Notes under the pieces: model-generated | What the model was told of the DNA's origin: nothing | Databases searched by the model: none | Seen by the model: the letters and a program-made list of their open reading frames with translations, nothing else | Translations under genes and position numbers: made by a program | DNA from: an uncultured Coprobacillus sp. | Lineage (GTDB): Bacteria; Bacillota_I; Bacilli_A; RFN20; CAG-826 | Length of the DNA stretch: 64,000 bases | Assembly (NCBI GenBank): GCA_964583155.1 | Contig: CAZOUY010000003.1 | Location: 22,150-86,149 of the forward strand | Direction: 5' to 3' | Part shown: positions 21,801 through 30,840 of the stretch, one piece after another | Layout of the letters: every line of letters begins with the position of its first letter | Numbering within the stretch: position 1 is the first letter of the stretch

Positions 21801-23015
21801 CTATTCTTCATGGACAACTGCATTCAGCATTTCAATAATTATCTTTATCATCATGCGAAAATCATCAATATCTAAGTATTCTAAAGGACCATGGAAGTTT
21901 TCTCCACCCGTTCCTAAATTAGGACAAGGTATCCCTTCAAACGAAAGACGAGCCCCATCAGTTCCTCCTCTGATTGGTTTTTCGATAGGTGTAATGTTAA
22001 ATTGGGCCATCGCATTCTTAACCAAAGAAACCAAAGCCGGTTTTTTCATAATTTCCGAACGCATATTATAATAGCTATCTACTATGGTACATTCGGCGAC
22101 ATCACCATACCTCCGATTAATTTCCTCAACCGCTTTTTGAAGTATTATTTTTCTATTTTCAAATAACTGGCGATCGTGATCACGGATAATGAATGATAAA
22201 GAGGCCTCACTGACATCACCAGTCATATTGGTTAAATGAAAGAAGCCCTCATAATTATCGGTATGCTCTGGTCTTTCTAAAGGCGGAAGCATATTGAAAA
22301 GCTCCATAGCGACAATTTGAGCGTTAATCATGCGATTCTTAGCCGATCCGGGATGGATGCTCTTACCATGGATGAGAACTTTTGCGCTTGCGGCATTGAA
22401 GGTCTCATAATTTATTTCTTCAATAGCGCCACCATCGACAGTGTAGGTATAAGCATCCGGCGCCATCCTCTTATACCATTCATAATCAAAATGATCGGTA
22501 CCTCTTCCAACCTCTTCATCAGGAGTAAAGCAAACCACGATATTAGGATAATTTTGATCGGCGTGATTTAAAACATGCTCAACCACGGACATAATGATCG
22601 CGATACCCGATTTATCATCCGCGCCAAGAAGAGTTGTCCCATCGGTAACGATTAATCGGTGACCAATTTTATTTTTCAATTCCTCTTTGGATAATTTCAA
22701 GTGATTACCAATGGCAATATCTTCATTATTAACTGTTACAATCCGTGGATGGATATCATGTCCGGGAGCGTCTGGCGAAGTATCCATATGCGAAATCAGA
22801 CCAATGGTTTTAGAGGATGCATGAGAACCGGCTATATAAGCATACACGTAACCATATTCATCCATATGGGCTTCCTTAACACCCAAGCCTTTCAATTCCG
22901 CTAATAAATATTCTCCTAATTTCTTTTGCTTTAAAGTGCTTGGAAAAGTCGAAGAATCTTCTTGCGATTGCGTATCAAACGCGACATATTTTAAAAATCT
23001 TTCCACTGCATCCAT
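21801..23015 (-). CDS. pepT: peptidase T (tripeptide aminopeptidase, M20B)
   Basis: 404 aa, MDAVERFLKYVAFDTQS...SHMDT...DDKSGIAIIM..., M20 metal ligands. Confidence 0.9.
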   Translation of the reverse strand: MDAVERFLKYVAFDTQSQEDSSTFPSTLKQKKLGEYLLAELKGLGVKEAHMDEYGYVYAYIAGSHASSKTIGLISHMDTSPDAPGHDIHPRIVTVNNEDIAIGNHLKLSKEELKNKIGHRLIVTDGTTLLGADDKSGIAIIMSVVEHVLNHADQNYPNIVVCFTPDEEVGRGTDHFDYEWYKRMAPDAYTYTVDGGAIEEINYETFNAASAKVLIHGKSIHPGSAKNRMINAQIVAMELFNMLPPLERPEHTDNYEGFFHLTNMTGDVSEASLSFIIRDHDRQLFENRKIILQKAVEEINRRYGDVAECTIVDSYYNMRSEIMKKPALVSLVKNAMAQFNITPIEKPIRGGTDGARLSFEGIPCPNLGTGGENFHGPLEYLDIDDFRMMIKIIIEMLNAVVHEE

Positions 23016-23201
23016 GCTCTTTTACCTCCTCATCCTTACAAACATCAATTTAATTACATTGCTAATTGTAAACCTATATATATTTCTTTTCAAAGTTAAT
23101 GATTAAAAATTTCATTAGATCGATCGTTATCATTTATCATTCATACTTCCCTCTTAGTAGGCGAAAATCGACGAATTTTTTATAAAAAAATCCTAAAAAT
23201 A

Positions 23202-23230
23202 TTCACCAAGCAATAGAAAAATGATATACT
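23202..23230 (+). promoter_or_regulatory. sigma-A promoter TTCACC-17-TATACT with extended -10 (TGaTATACT) for yebC
   Basis: ttcacc 23202-23207, tatact 23225-23230, TG at 23222-23223. SD aaggag 8 nt before the ATG at 23263. Confidence 0.45.
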
Positions 23231-23262
23231 TTGTACGATAGATTTATTAAAGGAGAATATTT

Positions 23263-23979
23263 ATGGGTAGAGCACATGAAGTGCGGGCCGCGAGTATGGC
23301 CGCAACAAACGCAAAAAAAACCGCCCTTTATATGAGAGCGTCTAAAGAAATTTATATGGCCGCAAGATCGGGAGAACCGGATCCTAATGCAAATCTTGCT
23401 TTGCGAGCGGCAATTGAAAAATTCCGTGGTCAAAATATTCCTAAAGATGTAATTCAAAGAGCCATCGAAAAAGCTAAAGGCGGATCCACTGAATCCTATA
23501 TTGCCGGACGATATGAGGGCTATGGTCCTGGAAATGTCGCTTTTATTATCGATACCTTAACCGATAACGCAAACCGGGCCTATGTCGAAGTGCGCACTGT
23601 CGTCAATAAAAGAGGGGGCCATTTAGGAGCCCCGGGTAGCGTTTCTTTCAACTTCGAAGAAAGCGGTGTTTTAGTTTTCAAATCCGATAAGGACCATTCC
23701 GAAATCGAAGAACTATTAATAATGAGTGATGTTGATGTCACCGATGTCAGCAAAGATGATGATGGATATGTTGAAGTTCATGTGACACCTACCGCTCTTA
23801 ACAGTGCCAAAACTTGTTTAGAAGAAGATGGTGTCAAAGAATTCGAGACCTGTGAGATTCAAATGCTTCCTAATGACTATGTTGAATTAGCCGGTGAAGA
23901 AAAAGATAAAATGCAATCAATGCTCGATATGTTGGATGAATTGGAAGATGTTCAATCCATTTGGCACAATATGAAATAA
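23263..23979 (+). CDS. yebC: YebC/PmpR family DNA-binding transcriptional regulator
   Basis: 238 aa, MGRAHEVRAASMAATNAKK...NLALRAAIEKFRGQNIPKDVIQRAIEKA..., a strongly conserved family. Confidence 0.9.
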   Translation: MGRAHEVRAASMAATNAKKTALYMRASKEIYMAARSGEPDPNANLALRAAIEKFRGQNIPKDVIQRAIEKAKGGSTESYIAGRYEGYGPGNVAFIIDTLTDNANRAYVEVRTVVNKRGGHLGAPGSVSFNFEESGVLVFKSDKDHSEIEELLIMSDVDVTDVSKDDDGYVEVHVTPTALNSAKTCLEEDGVKEFETCEIQMLPNDYVELAGEEKDKMQSMLDMLDELEDVQSIWHNMK

Positions 23980-24003
23980 AATCTGGTCTAAGCCAGATTT
24001 TTT
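23977..24003. terminator. bidirectional rho-independent terminator between yebC (+) and esterase gene (-)
   Basis: aaaatctgg-tctaag-ccagatttt, a 9-bp stem flanked by T-runs on both strands. Confidence 0.5.
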
Positions 24004-24889
24004 ATTTCTCTAAAATTTCTTTCATAAAAGCCCCTACTCTTTGGAAAGCTATCTTTGAAATGGGATTCTGATCGAAAGTAATAAAACGATGATTGGCCAT
24101 TTTAACTTTCTCATCAAAAAACAAGCTGAAAACCTTAATATTGTGTTCGCTTAATAAATTAAAATAAGCCAATGATTGCTTTTCATGCAAAGAATCAATT
24201 TCTCCACTGCATAATAAAATAGGTGGCAGGTTGTTATTTACATAATTTGTTGGTGAATATTCTTTTAAAATTTCTAAATAATCACTTTGATTCTCTGAAA
24301 TAATACCTTTTAGATAGGTTTTGGAATTTTTAAAATCGGTTGATGTAAGCGCCACTAAATCAAAAGCGCCATAAAAAATAACGCTTCCCTTAATGAATTG
24401 AAAATAATCACAATTTTCATAGTAATTATTGGATAATTTATTGATAACTAACGAAACTAAATGACCACCCGAGCTATCTCCCATAAGAATAATTTGATCG
24501 GGATTACCATTATAAAGCCTAGCGTTTTTTCTTACATAGACAATCGCGCTTAATACATCATCTTCCATTTCCGGAATAGAATATTTCGGAGAAAGTCGAT
24601 GATTACAATTGAACACTACCGCTCCTTGATCAGCGATTCTTTTGCAGGTTGAGCGAAAAATACTTTTATCAAAAGTCATCCATCCGCCACCATGAAAATA
24701 TATAACACATGGGTATGTATGCTGATTTTTATGATACATAACATCCAATTTATGACCTGATTGTTTATCATCAATATAGGAAATATTGAATTTCGTTTTA
24801 ATGCCCTTAATATGACGATTAAAAGAAGGCAAAAAATGAGCAACAATTGTTTGACATTTAGCTTTACATTTTAAGGCAAAAATATTCAT
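24002..24889 (-). CDS. alpha/beta-hydrolase fold esterase/lipase (HSL-like)
   Basis: 295 aa. HGGGW oxyanion motif and GDSSGG nucleophile elbow. Confidence 0.75.
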   Translation of the reverse strand: MNIFALKCKAKCQTIVAHFLPSFNRHIKGIKTKFNISYIDDKQSGHKLDVMYHKNQHTYPCVIYFHGGGWMTFDKSIFRSTCKRIADQGAVVFNCNHRLSPKYSIPEMEDDVLSAIVYVRKNARLYNGNPDQIILMGDSSGGHLVSLVINKLSNNYYENCDYFQFIKGSVIFYGAFDLVALTSTDFKNSKTYLKGIISENQSDYLEILKEYSPTNYVNNNLPPILLCSGEIDSLHEKQSLAYFNLLSEHNIKVFSLFFDEKVKMANHRFITFDQNPISKIAFQRVGAFMKEILEK

Positions 24890-24966
24890 AATACATAGCC
24901 TCCTTTTAACATCATGTTAAAACTATAGTGCCATTGTATCATGAATTTACATAAAAAAGATGCAGC

Positions 24967-25854
24967 TTATGGTAAAAAATGGCCGCTTCTTCGATAGATT
25001 TGGTACCAGTCTTCTTTGCTGAGAGCAATATTTTCGCCATCGAGACATTCCTGGATATGATGCAAAGATGTTGATCCCGTCACCACCATGATGGTCTTAT
25101 TTAAGGATAATAAAAAGGCCGTCGCAATCGCGCACTTTGAAGTATCATATTTTTGAGCATATTCCTCTAAAACTGCATTTAAATTAGGATACTTTTGGAT
25201 ATCGAAGATGTGACCTTCAAAAAAGCCCATTTGGAAAGGACTCCAACATTGTATTGTTATATTTTCTTTCTTCAAATAAAAATATAAGGAGTCATGCTCT
25301 TTGGAAATATTTTGCGATAATGGAACATTAACATACATTGTTTGATCTAGCATGGTAGTGTTTCCAAGGCCTAATTGAATCTGATTGTATTTAATCGGTG
25401 ATTTTAAAGCCATTTTGAGGTATTCTATTTCACTTTCGGAAAAATTAGAAACACCAAAGTCTTTAATCAGGCCTAATTCCAATAATTCATTAATAGCTTT
25501 GGCGACTTCTTGATTATCCATAAAGATGTCAGGACGATGTAGCAAAAGGCAATCTAAATACTGGCATTGTAATCTTTTAAGACTGACTTTGACTCCATCA
25601 ATGATATGTTGATAGCTTAAATCATAGCCCTTATTTAAAACAATCCCCACTTTTGTTTGGAGATATATTTTGGATCTTAATTGTGGATTTCTTTTTAAGA
25701 CACTCCCCAGTAATTCCTCACATTTCCCATTACCATAGATATCCGCTAAATCGAAGAAAGTTATGCCTTTAGTCACTGATTTTAAAATCAATTCTTCAAC
25801 CTCTTCAACTTTCATGTGTTCAATACGCATCAAACCCAATATAATTCTTGACAT
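24967..25854 (-). CDS. aldo/keto reductase family oxidoreductase
   Basis: 295 aa, ...FFDLADIYGNG..., AKR TIM-barrel signature. Confidence 0.8.
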   Translation of the reverse strand: MSRIILGLMRIEHMKVEEVEELILKSVTKGITFFDLADIYGNGKCEELLGSVLKRNPQLRSKIYLQTKVGIVLNKGYDLSYQHIIDGVKVSLKRLQCQYLDCLLLHRPDIFMDNQEVAKAINELLELGLIKDFGVSNFSESEIEYLKMALKSPIKYNQIQLGLGNTTMLDQTMYVNVPLSQNISKEHDSLYFYLKKENITIQCWSPFQMGFFEGHIFDIQKYPNLNAVLEEYAQKYDTSKCAIATAFLLSLNKTIMVVTGSTSLHHIQECLDGENIALSKEDWYQIYRRSGHFLP

Positions 25855-25992
25855 AGTTCATTATCACATCCTTTTTTATTCATAAGACGTTTATAATCAT
25901 TTTATTGCAAACATATTATGTGTAGCAAATTTATTCTCATCTGCTATCCTGATCTTTAAATATTTAGAGTAAAACTAAGTAATAATTAAAAC

Positions 25993-26394
25993 TTATCTTT
26001 CAAAAGGCTTATTAAACGACCCTATTTCAATAAGATTTCCTTCTGGATCCGCAATGTAGCACGTCCGTTGTCCCCAAGGCTCAGTGGTTGGTTCTAAAAC
26101 CGAAGTCGCTCCTTTTGAAACAGCTTTTGTATATTCTTTATCAACTTCTTCAAAGGTATCAACATATAATGCGATTTCAAAATGTCCATTTAAACCTTTG
26201 ATATATTCATATTTTCGATTTGTCATTTTTTCAAAATTGTTTCTTCCATACAACATGAACAACGTATTATCTTTCACCAGCATAACATTAACTGCATCTT
26301 CATCTTCTTTAATATCAAATCCTAAAACATCCCTATAGAACTTAATCATTTTAGGCATATCATCAACAAATAATCCTACTCCATCAAACCGCAT
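25993..26394 (-). CDS. VOC/glyoxalase-bleomycin resistance family protein
   Basis: 133 aa. Pattern typical of paired beta-alpha-beta-beta-beta modules. Confidence 0.65.
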   Translation of the reverse strand: MRFDGVGLFVDDMPKMIKFYRDVLGFDIKEDEDAVNVMLVKDNTLFMLYGRNNFEKMTNRKYEYIKGLNGHFEIALYVDTFEEVDKEYTKAVSKGATSVLEPTTEPWGQRTCYIADPEGNLIEIGSFNKPFER

Positions 26395-26887
26395 ATATTT
26401 TTCTCCTTTTAAAATTGATTATCTATATTTAATTTATCATTAAATATTTTACTAACACTGTTATTTATATTACAGCATAAAACATTTAAAAAGCGAGCAT
26501 GGAAAATAAAAAAGTCATAAATTGTTCATAGCTTTGATACACTTAGACATAACCATTCCCTAAAAACTCACTAGTGATTCCGGATACCTGGTATTGCTGC
26601 CGTAATTTCCTTATCAGTTTTCTTCTTTTATTATGCTAATTGTAATAATTTTTAAGATTGGTAGTCGCATTTTAATATTTGATAAAATCAAGGGGATTGA
26701 TCTATACAGAATTTATTAATTTCAAAAGAAAGAAGGAGTAGTACTTAAAATAATTTTTATTTGTCGAAAATCATTAAACAATAGAACAATTGTAAATACT
26801 AACTTTTTTGTCTATTAAAGGACTTGAAACTACAATACTTATTTTGATGACAAAGGAATTCCCGGAGCCCCTATGGCAATATAAAAT

Positions 26888-26896
26888 GCTATAATA
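26888..26896 (+). promoter_or_regulatory. extended -10 element TGcTATAAT upstream of NUDIX gene
   Basis: tgctataat 26888-26896. SD aggagg 26921-26926. ATG 26934. No convincing -35. Confidence 0.35.
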
Positions 26897-26933
26897 TAAT
26901 CTCTATAAACTGAAATTCAAAGGAGGATAATGA

Positions 26934-27362
26934 ATGGTCGAAGTAAATTTTTATGACGAAATTGATGATAGCTTATTGAAATTCGCCGTAATAATTGCCA
27001 AAACAGACAATAAATGGGTGTTTTGTAAACATAGAGAGCGTGAAACATACGAGATTCCGGGCGGTCGCAGAGAAAATGGTGAGTATATCTTAGATACTGC
27101 GAAACGAGAGTTGTATGAAGAAACAGGTGCCTTGGAATACAGCATAAAACCTATTTGTGTATATTCCGTCACCACCCCAGATAAGTTTGATGGTAAAGAA
27201 AGTTATGGTATGCTTTACTTTGCAAATATTCTATCCTTTGAAAATGAATTGCATAATGAAATTGAAAGAATTCTCATTACGGAACAACTTGTAAAAGACT
27301 GGACATACCCGTTGATTCAACCAAAGCTGATCGAAGAAGCAAGGCGTAGAGGGCATCTATAA
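26934..27362 (+). CDS. NUDIX hydrolase
   Basis: 142 aa. Nudix box GGRRENGEYILDTAKRELYEETG (GX5EX7REUXEEXGU). Confidence 0.8.
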   Translation: MVEVNFYDEIDDSLLKFAVIIAKTDNKWVFCKHRERETYEIPGGRRENGEYILDTAKRELYEETGALEYSIKPICVYSVTTPDKFDGKESYGMLYFANILSFENELHNEIERILITEQLVKDWTYPLIQPKLIEEARRRGHL

Positions 27363-27453
27363 CCTTCAATTCGAATAATGGTTTGAGATATTCCTAACAA
27401 GCTAAAATCTCTCTTATTGTTGCTAACAGAAACGAGTGATTTTTACGGAAAGG

Positions 27454-27488
27454 GTTTCTCTTTCCTATGCTTGCTGAGAAACTTTTTA
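27454..27488 (+). terminator. candidate rho-independent terminator after NUDIX gene
   Basis: gtttctc-(15 nt loop)-gagaaac followed by TTTTTA. Long loop, moderate quality. Confidence 0.35.
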
Positions 27489-27680
27489 CAAAGACTTATT
27501 AGACGTTTTAAAACCATTAAACCAATTAAAAATAATGAAAATGTGCAATATAAGGTGCACCAATACAAGCAAAGTAATGTTAAACGCCGGATGTAATCTA
27601 CTCTTTTTACACAAGAAATTGGATGCGTACTTATGATAAATAAAAAGGCTCGACAACAAATCGAACCTGACTTTTAAATA

Positions 27681-28059
27681 TGGTGGATCTGACGGGAATT
27701 GAACCCGTGTCCAAAGATGGCCCCACTTTAGTATCTACAGTTTAGTTGATGCTTTAATTTAATCTAGGGCGGAGGATCAACGCTCCTTAGCTAGACGTGA
27801 ATATCATTTTTTCATCATCCATTTATATTCATCATAGATGCCTATTCTTTCGTTATGACACTCACCCTAAGCGTAAAAGAATAAGACCTTAGGAAGCGCG
27901 CTGCCCATTATTGAAAATAATGGAAGACTAATAACGTCTGCTAATTAAGCAGCAGCGAAAGATAAATTTCTGTTGCCAGATATTTTTTTGTTGGTGATAA
28001 CGTCACCGCTCGACTGCAACTAAAGCCAAACACATCCCTGTCGAACCCAAGACAGACCC
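27681..28059 (-). ncRNA. ssrA: tmRNA (transfer-messenger RNA, SsrA), ~379 nt
   Basis: Minus strand. The 3' tRNA-like end GGACACGGGTTCAATTCCCGTCAGATCCACCA (27712..27681) carries a T-arm and CCA. The 5' end GGGTCTGTCTTGGGTTCGACAGGG (from 28059) pairs with the 3' strand as a 7-bp acceptor stem containing G3.U70 (Ala identity). The internal tag ORF ends ...GGC AAC AGA AAT TTA TCT TTC GCT GCT GCT TAA, giving a tag of about GNRNLSFAAA (stop at 27945-27947). Confidence 0.75.
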
Positions 28060-28124
28060 AGATGCTTTAAGCATTACTATATTATCATACCATTTAATAG
28101 AAAATCAATACAAAACTAGGCTAT

Positions 28125-29333
28125 TTAGCAATTATGACGATAAGTTTTGGCTAAACCGCCTTGTGAGGTCTCTTTATATCTCTTATTTAAATCCGATCCT
28201 GTTTCAAACATTGTTGTAATCACAGTATCGAGGGTGATCTTCTGATGTTGAAAATCCAATAAATCATTCAATGTCGCTACCTCGAGAGCGCGTAGAGCGG
28301 CAATAGCGTTTCTTTCAATGCACGGAATTTGAACATACCCTGAAATAGGATCACAAGTTAAACCTAAGTGATGCTCTAATGCTATTTCAGCAGCCTGCTC
28401 TATTTGATAGATATTATTGCCTAATAAATAGCTAACGAGAACAGAGCCCATAGCACAGGCGGTACCAATTTCCGCTTGACATCCGCATTCTGCACCACTT
28501 ATCGAGGCATTTTGTTTAACAAGATTACCAATGAGACCCGAAATTAGCATTCCTTTAAGCACCTCTTGATGATCATATCCGATATCTTCCATATAGTGAA
28601 TCACCGCTGGTAAAACTCCGCTTGATCCACAAGTAGGAGCGGTCACAACTTCCGCTCCGCTCGCATTTTCTTCGCTAGCGGCAAAAGCATAGGCGCTTAA
28701 AAGCCTTTTTTCTTTTCGATCAATCGTTTCATCGGCGTCTTGATTAATGTAAATGCTATATGCTTTTCTCTTGACACGTAATGTTCCCGGCAAAACACCT
28801 TGCTTCTGTAGGCCATTTTGGATAGTTGCCATCATGACCTGATAGCATTTTTCCATATATTCCAGGATACTGGGATCTTCATGTGCCAAAATATAATCGA
28901 GTAAAGACCAATTATTTTGCTTACATGTTTCCTTTATTTCTTCATAATTCTTTTCTAAATACAATTCTTGCTCATCGACAACGTCTTCTCCCTTTATGGC
29001 AATCGAACCCCCACCAATGGAATATATTTCTTCTTCTCCGATTAGAAGATGGTTCCGAAAAGCGCGGAAAATCATCGCATTAGGATGTTTTTTCTCGTTT
29101 TCGTCAGAATAAATTGCAAAATTGATATTTTTAAATGTTTTTTCTAATATCAATTGCGTTAAATGGCCTTCGCCTGTTGCGGCTAGAGAGCCATACAAAA
29201 CCACTTCAACCATATCGGTCTCAGGGTATTTATTCAAAATATATAAAGCGGCCTTTTTAGGCCCCATTGTATGACTGCTAGAAGGACCATTACCAATCTT
29301 ATATAAAGCTTTAATTGATTTCATTACAACCAC
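28125..29333 (-). CDS. sdaA: L-serine dehydratase, iron-sulfur dependent (single-chain form)
   Basis: 402 aa. ...YKIGNGPSSSHTMGP... matches the IGIGPSSSHTVGP motif of Fe-S L-serine ammonia-lyases. The start may be the Met at 29324. Confidence 0.8.
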   Translation of the reverse strand: MVVMKSIKALYKIGNGPSSSHTMGPKKAALYILNKYPETDMVEVVLYGSLAATGEGHLTQLILEKTFKNINFAIYSDENEKKHPNAMIFRAFRNHLLIGEEEIYSIGGGSIAIKGEDVVDEQELYLEKNYEEIKETCKQNNWSLLDYILAHEDPSILEYMEKCYQVMMATIQNGLQKQGVLPGTLRVKRKAYSIYINQDADETIDRKEKRLLSAYAFAASEENASGAEVVTAPTCGSSGVLPAVIHYMEDIGYDHQEVLKGMLISGLIGNLVKQNASISGAECGCQAEIGTACAMGSVLVSYLLGNNIYQIEQAAEIALEHHLGLTCDPISGYVQIPCIERNAIAALRALEVATLNDLLDFQHQKITLDTVITTMFETGSDLNKRYKETSQGGLAKTYRHNC

Positions 29334-29403
29334 CTTACTTTCTTTTTTATTATATCATCACTCTCTCTTTTCGCTGCTTTTTTTCTTCTAAAAAGAAGAA
29401 ATC

Positions 29404-29432
29404 TTGAAAGTGTTCTTATTTTCTCTTATAAT
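29404..29432 (+). promoter_or_regulatory. consensus-like sigma-A promoter TTGAAA-17-TATAAT for membrane-protein gene at 29506
   Basis: ttgaaa 29404-29409, 17-nt spacer, tataat 29427-29432. SD aaaggaa before ATG 29506. Confidence 0.5.
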
Positions 29433-29505
29433 ATTTAAAGATTACTTATATTAATATAAGCATGACTCTCAAGATTTTGATATCTAAAATGAAAGGAACT
29501 GAACT

Positions 29506-30681
29506 ATGAAAGTAAGTGTTGATACAACAAAAAAGAAACAAACCGAAGAAAAGCGTACCGCAAAATCGACCTTTAAATTATTATTTCGTTCATTATTTAA
29601 AAATGATGCTTGCGTAGAGGCCAAAAAATTACCATGGTATCTTGCCGTTATTAGCTTTTTTCTTTCGGTCTTAATTTCCATCATCCCTCCCGTGGTTTCT
29701 AGCGGAACGGAAAAAGGAAGTTATGTCTTAACCAACGAGACCTATTCTATGGATGTTGGATTTACGGCGTTCAATAATTTTTTATACAAAAACAAAATTG
29801 ATATTATCGTCAAATCGCAAACCAATGATGCTGGCAAAATAATTGACACTACACTTTCGATGGATGTTGATAACTATGCCAAATGGAAAAATGCTAGTGA
29901 GACTATCGAAACCAATGGTTATACCTATTATGAATTCAAAACAAATGATGCTTCCGGAAATCCCGGACCGGCACGTTTTAGAGTTTTCTATATCAATGGC
30001 GATAAAAATGTTGCATCCGGTGTCACTCCAGCGTCCGATTTCTTCTATAACAATGAGCGTTTTGGAGTTCGTTCAACCTCCAATGAGCCTGAAAGCGATG
30101 GCTACATTGCTCCGGCTTCCTTTATGGTTTTAGGAACCCACGAAATATTCATCGCCGTCTATAAAAATGCATCTACCAAAAATTCAGAATATTCCGGATC
30201 TCCTTTCCGCGGTGATTATTTAAGACTTACGAGCGCTGATGGAATCCATCTACACACCCTTTTATTAGGTAAACAATCAACCGAAGAGGATGTTGAAGCT
30301 GTTAAAAACTTTTCGATGATGAACCCAAAGTGGGAAAGTCCTGAAGAATCAGGATGGATTAATTTCCTGAATGCGGCTTACTCTTTCACTCGAATGAACA
30401 ATACTCTCATGATGTTTTCTATGCTAACCGGTATTAATGCATTAATTATATTGGTTTATGGATTTACCCTATGGATTCTAACGCGCGGTAAGAAAAATCC
30501 TAATCGTGGTATTAAAGTCAATGAAACGATGAAAATTTCCTGTTTCTCGGCTCTCTCGCCTGCGATATTATCACTCATCATCGGGTTTATTTTACCGAGA
30601 TTTGGAACATTCAGCTTTATATTACTATCCAGCTTCCGTCTCATGTGGCTCTCGATGAAAACCATGCGACCAATGGAATAA
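29506..30681 (+). CDS. hypothetical membrane protein (N-terminal TM anchor, ~270-aa extracytoplasmic domain, C-terminal 3-4 TM bundle)
   Basis: 391 aa. Hydrophobic segments at ~aa 44-64 and ~300-385. No family recognised. Confidence 0.5.
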   Translation: MKVSVDTTKKKQTEEKRTAKSTFKLLFRSLFKNDACVEAKKLPWYLAVISFFLSVLISIIPPVVSSGTEKGSYVLTNETYSMDVGFTAFNNFLYKNKIDIIVKSQTNDAGKIIDTTLSMDVDNYAKWKNASETIETNGYTYYEFKTNDASGNPGPARFRVFYINGDKNVASGVTPASDFFYNNERFGVRSTSNEPESDGYIAPASFMVLGTHEIFIAVYKNASTKNSEYSGSPFRGDYLRLTSADGIHLHTLLLGKQSTEEDVEAVKNFSMMNPKWESPEESGWINFLNAAYSFTRMNNTLMMFSMLTGINALIILVYGFTLWILTRGKKNPNRGIKVNETMKISCFSALSPAILSLIIGFILPRFGTFSFILLSSFRLMWLSMKTMRPME

Positions 30682-30840
30682 TTTTATTGCCCTTTAAGCC
30701 CTCATACTTTTCTATAGGATAAGATTTACCTCTTGTCACTAGATGATTTTAAAGGTATTGGGGCTTTTTTAATTAATTTATATAAAATAATTGTCGACCT
30801 ATGATAAAATATTTTTGAAAATGACACGGAGGAATGATCG

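Noticed and set aside
23203-23457. 84-aa minus-strand ORF overlapping the yebC promoter and 5' end
   Set aside because: It overlaps a strongly supported YebC gene and its promoter. The product is Cys/Phe/Arg-rich and low-complexity. No SD.
27363-28124. Genomic island or integrase at the tmRNA 3' end; second tRNA-like sequences
   Set aside because: The flank is only ~320 nt, gene-free, with no direct repeat of the ssrA 3' end and no integrase ORF. No additional tRNA-like T-arm (GTTCRANYC) was spotted in the intergenic regions.
29383-29400. Hairpin ttcttc-taaaaa-gaagaa upstream of the 29506 gene
   Set aside because: AT-only 6-bp stem without a following T-run on either strand, and no upstream gene to terminate. 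Probably fortuitous.
29484-29684. 66-aa minus-strand ORF overlapping the start of the 391-aa membrane protein gene; similar antisense ORFs at 30456..30665, 30900..31085, 31662..31955, 32006..32212
   Set aside because: Embedded antisense to better-supported long ORFs that have promoters and SDs. No independent signals.
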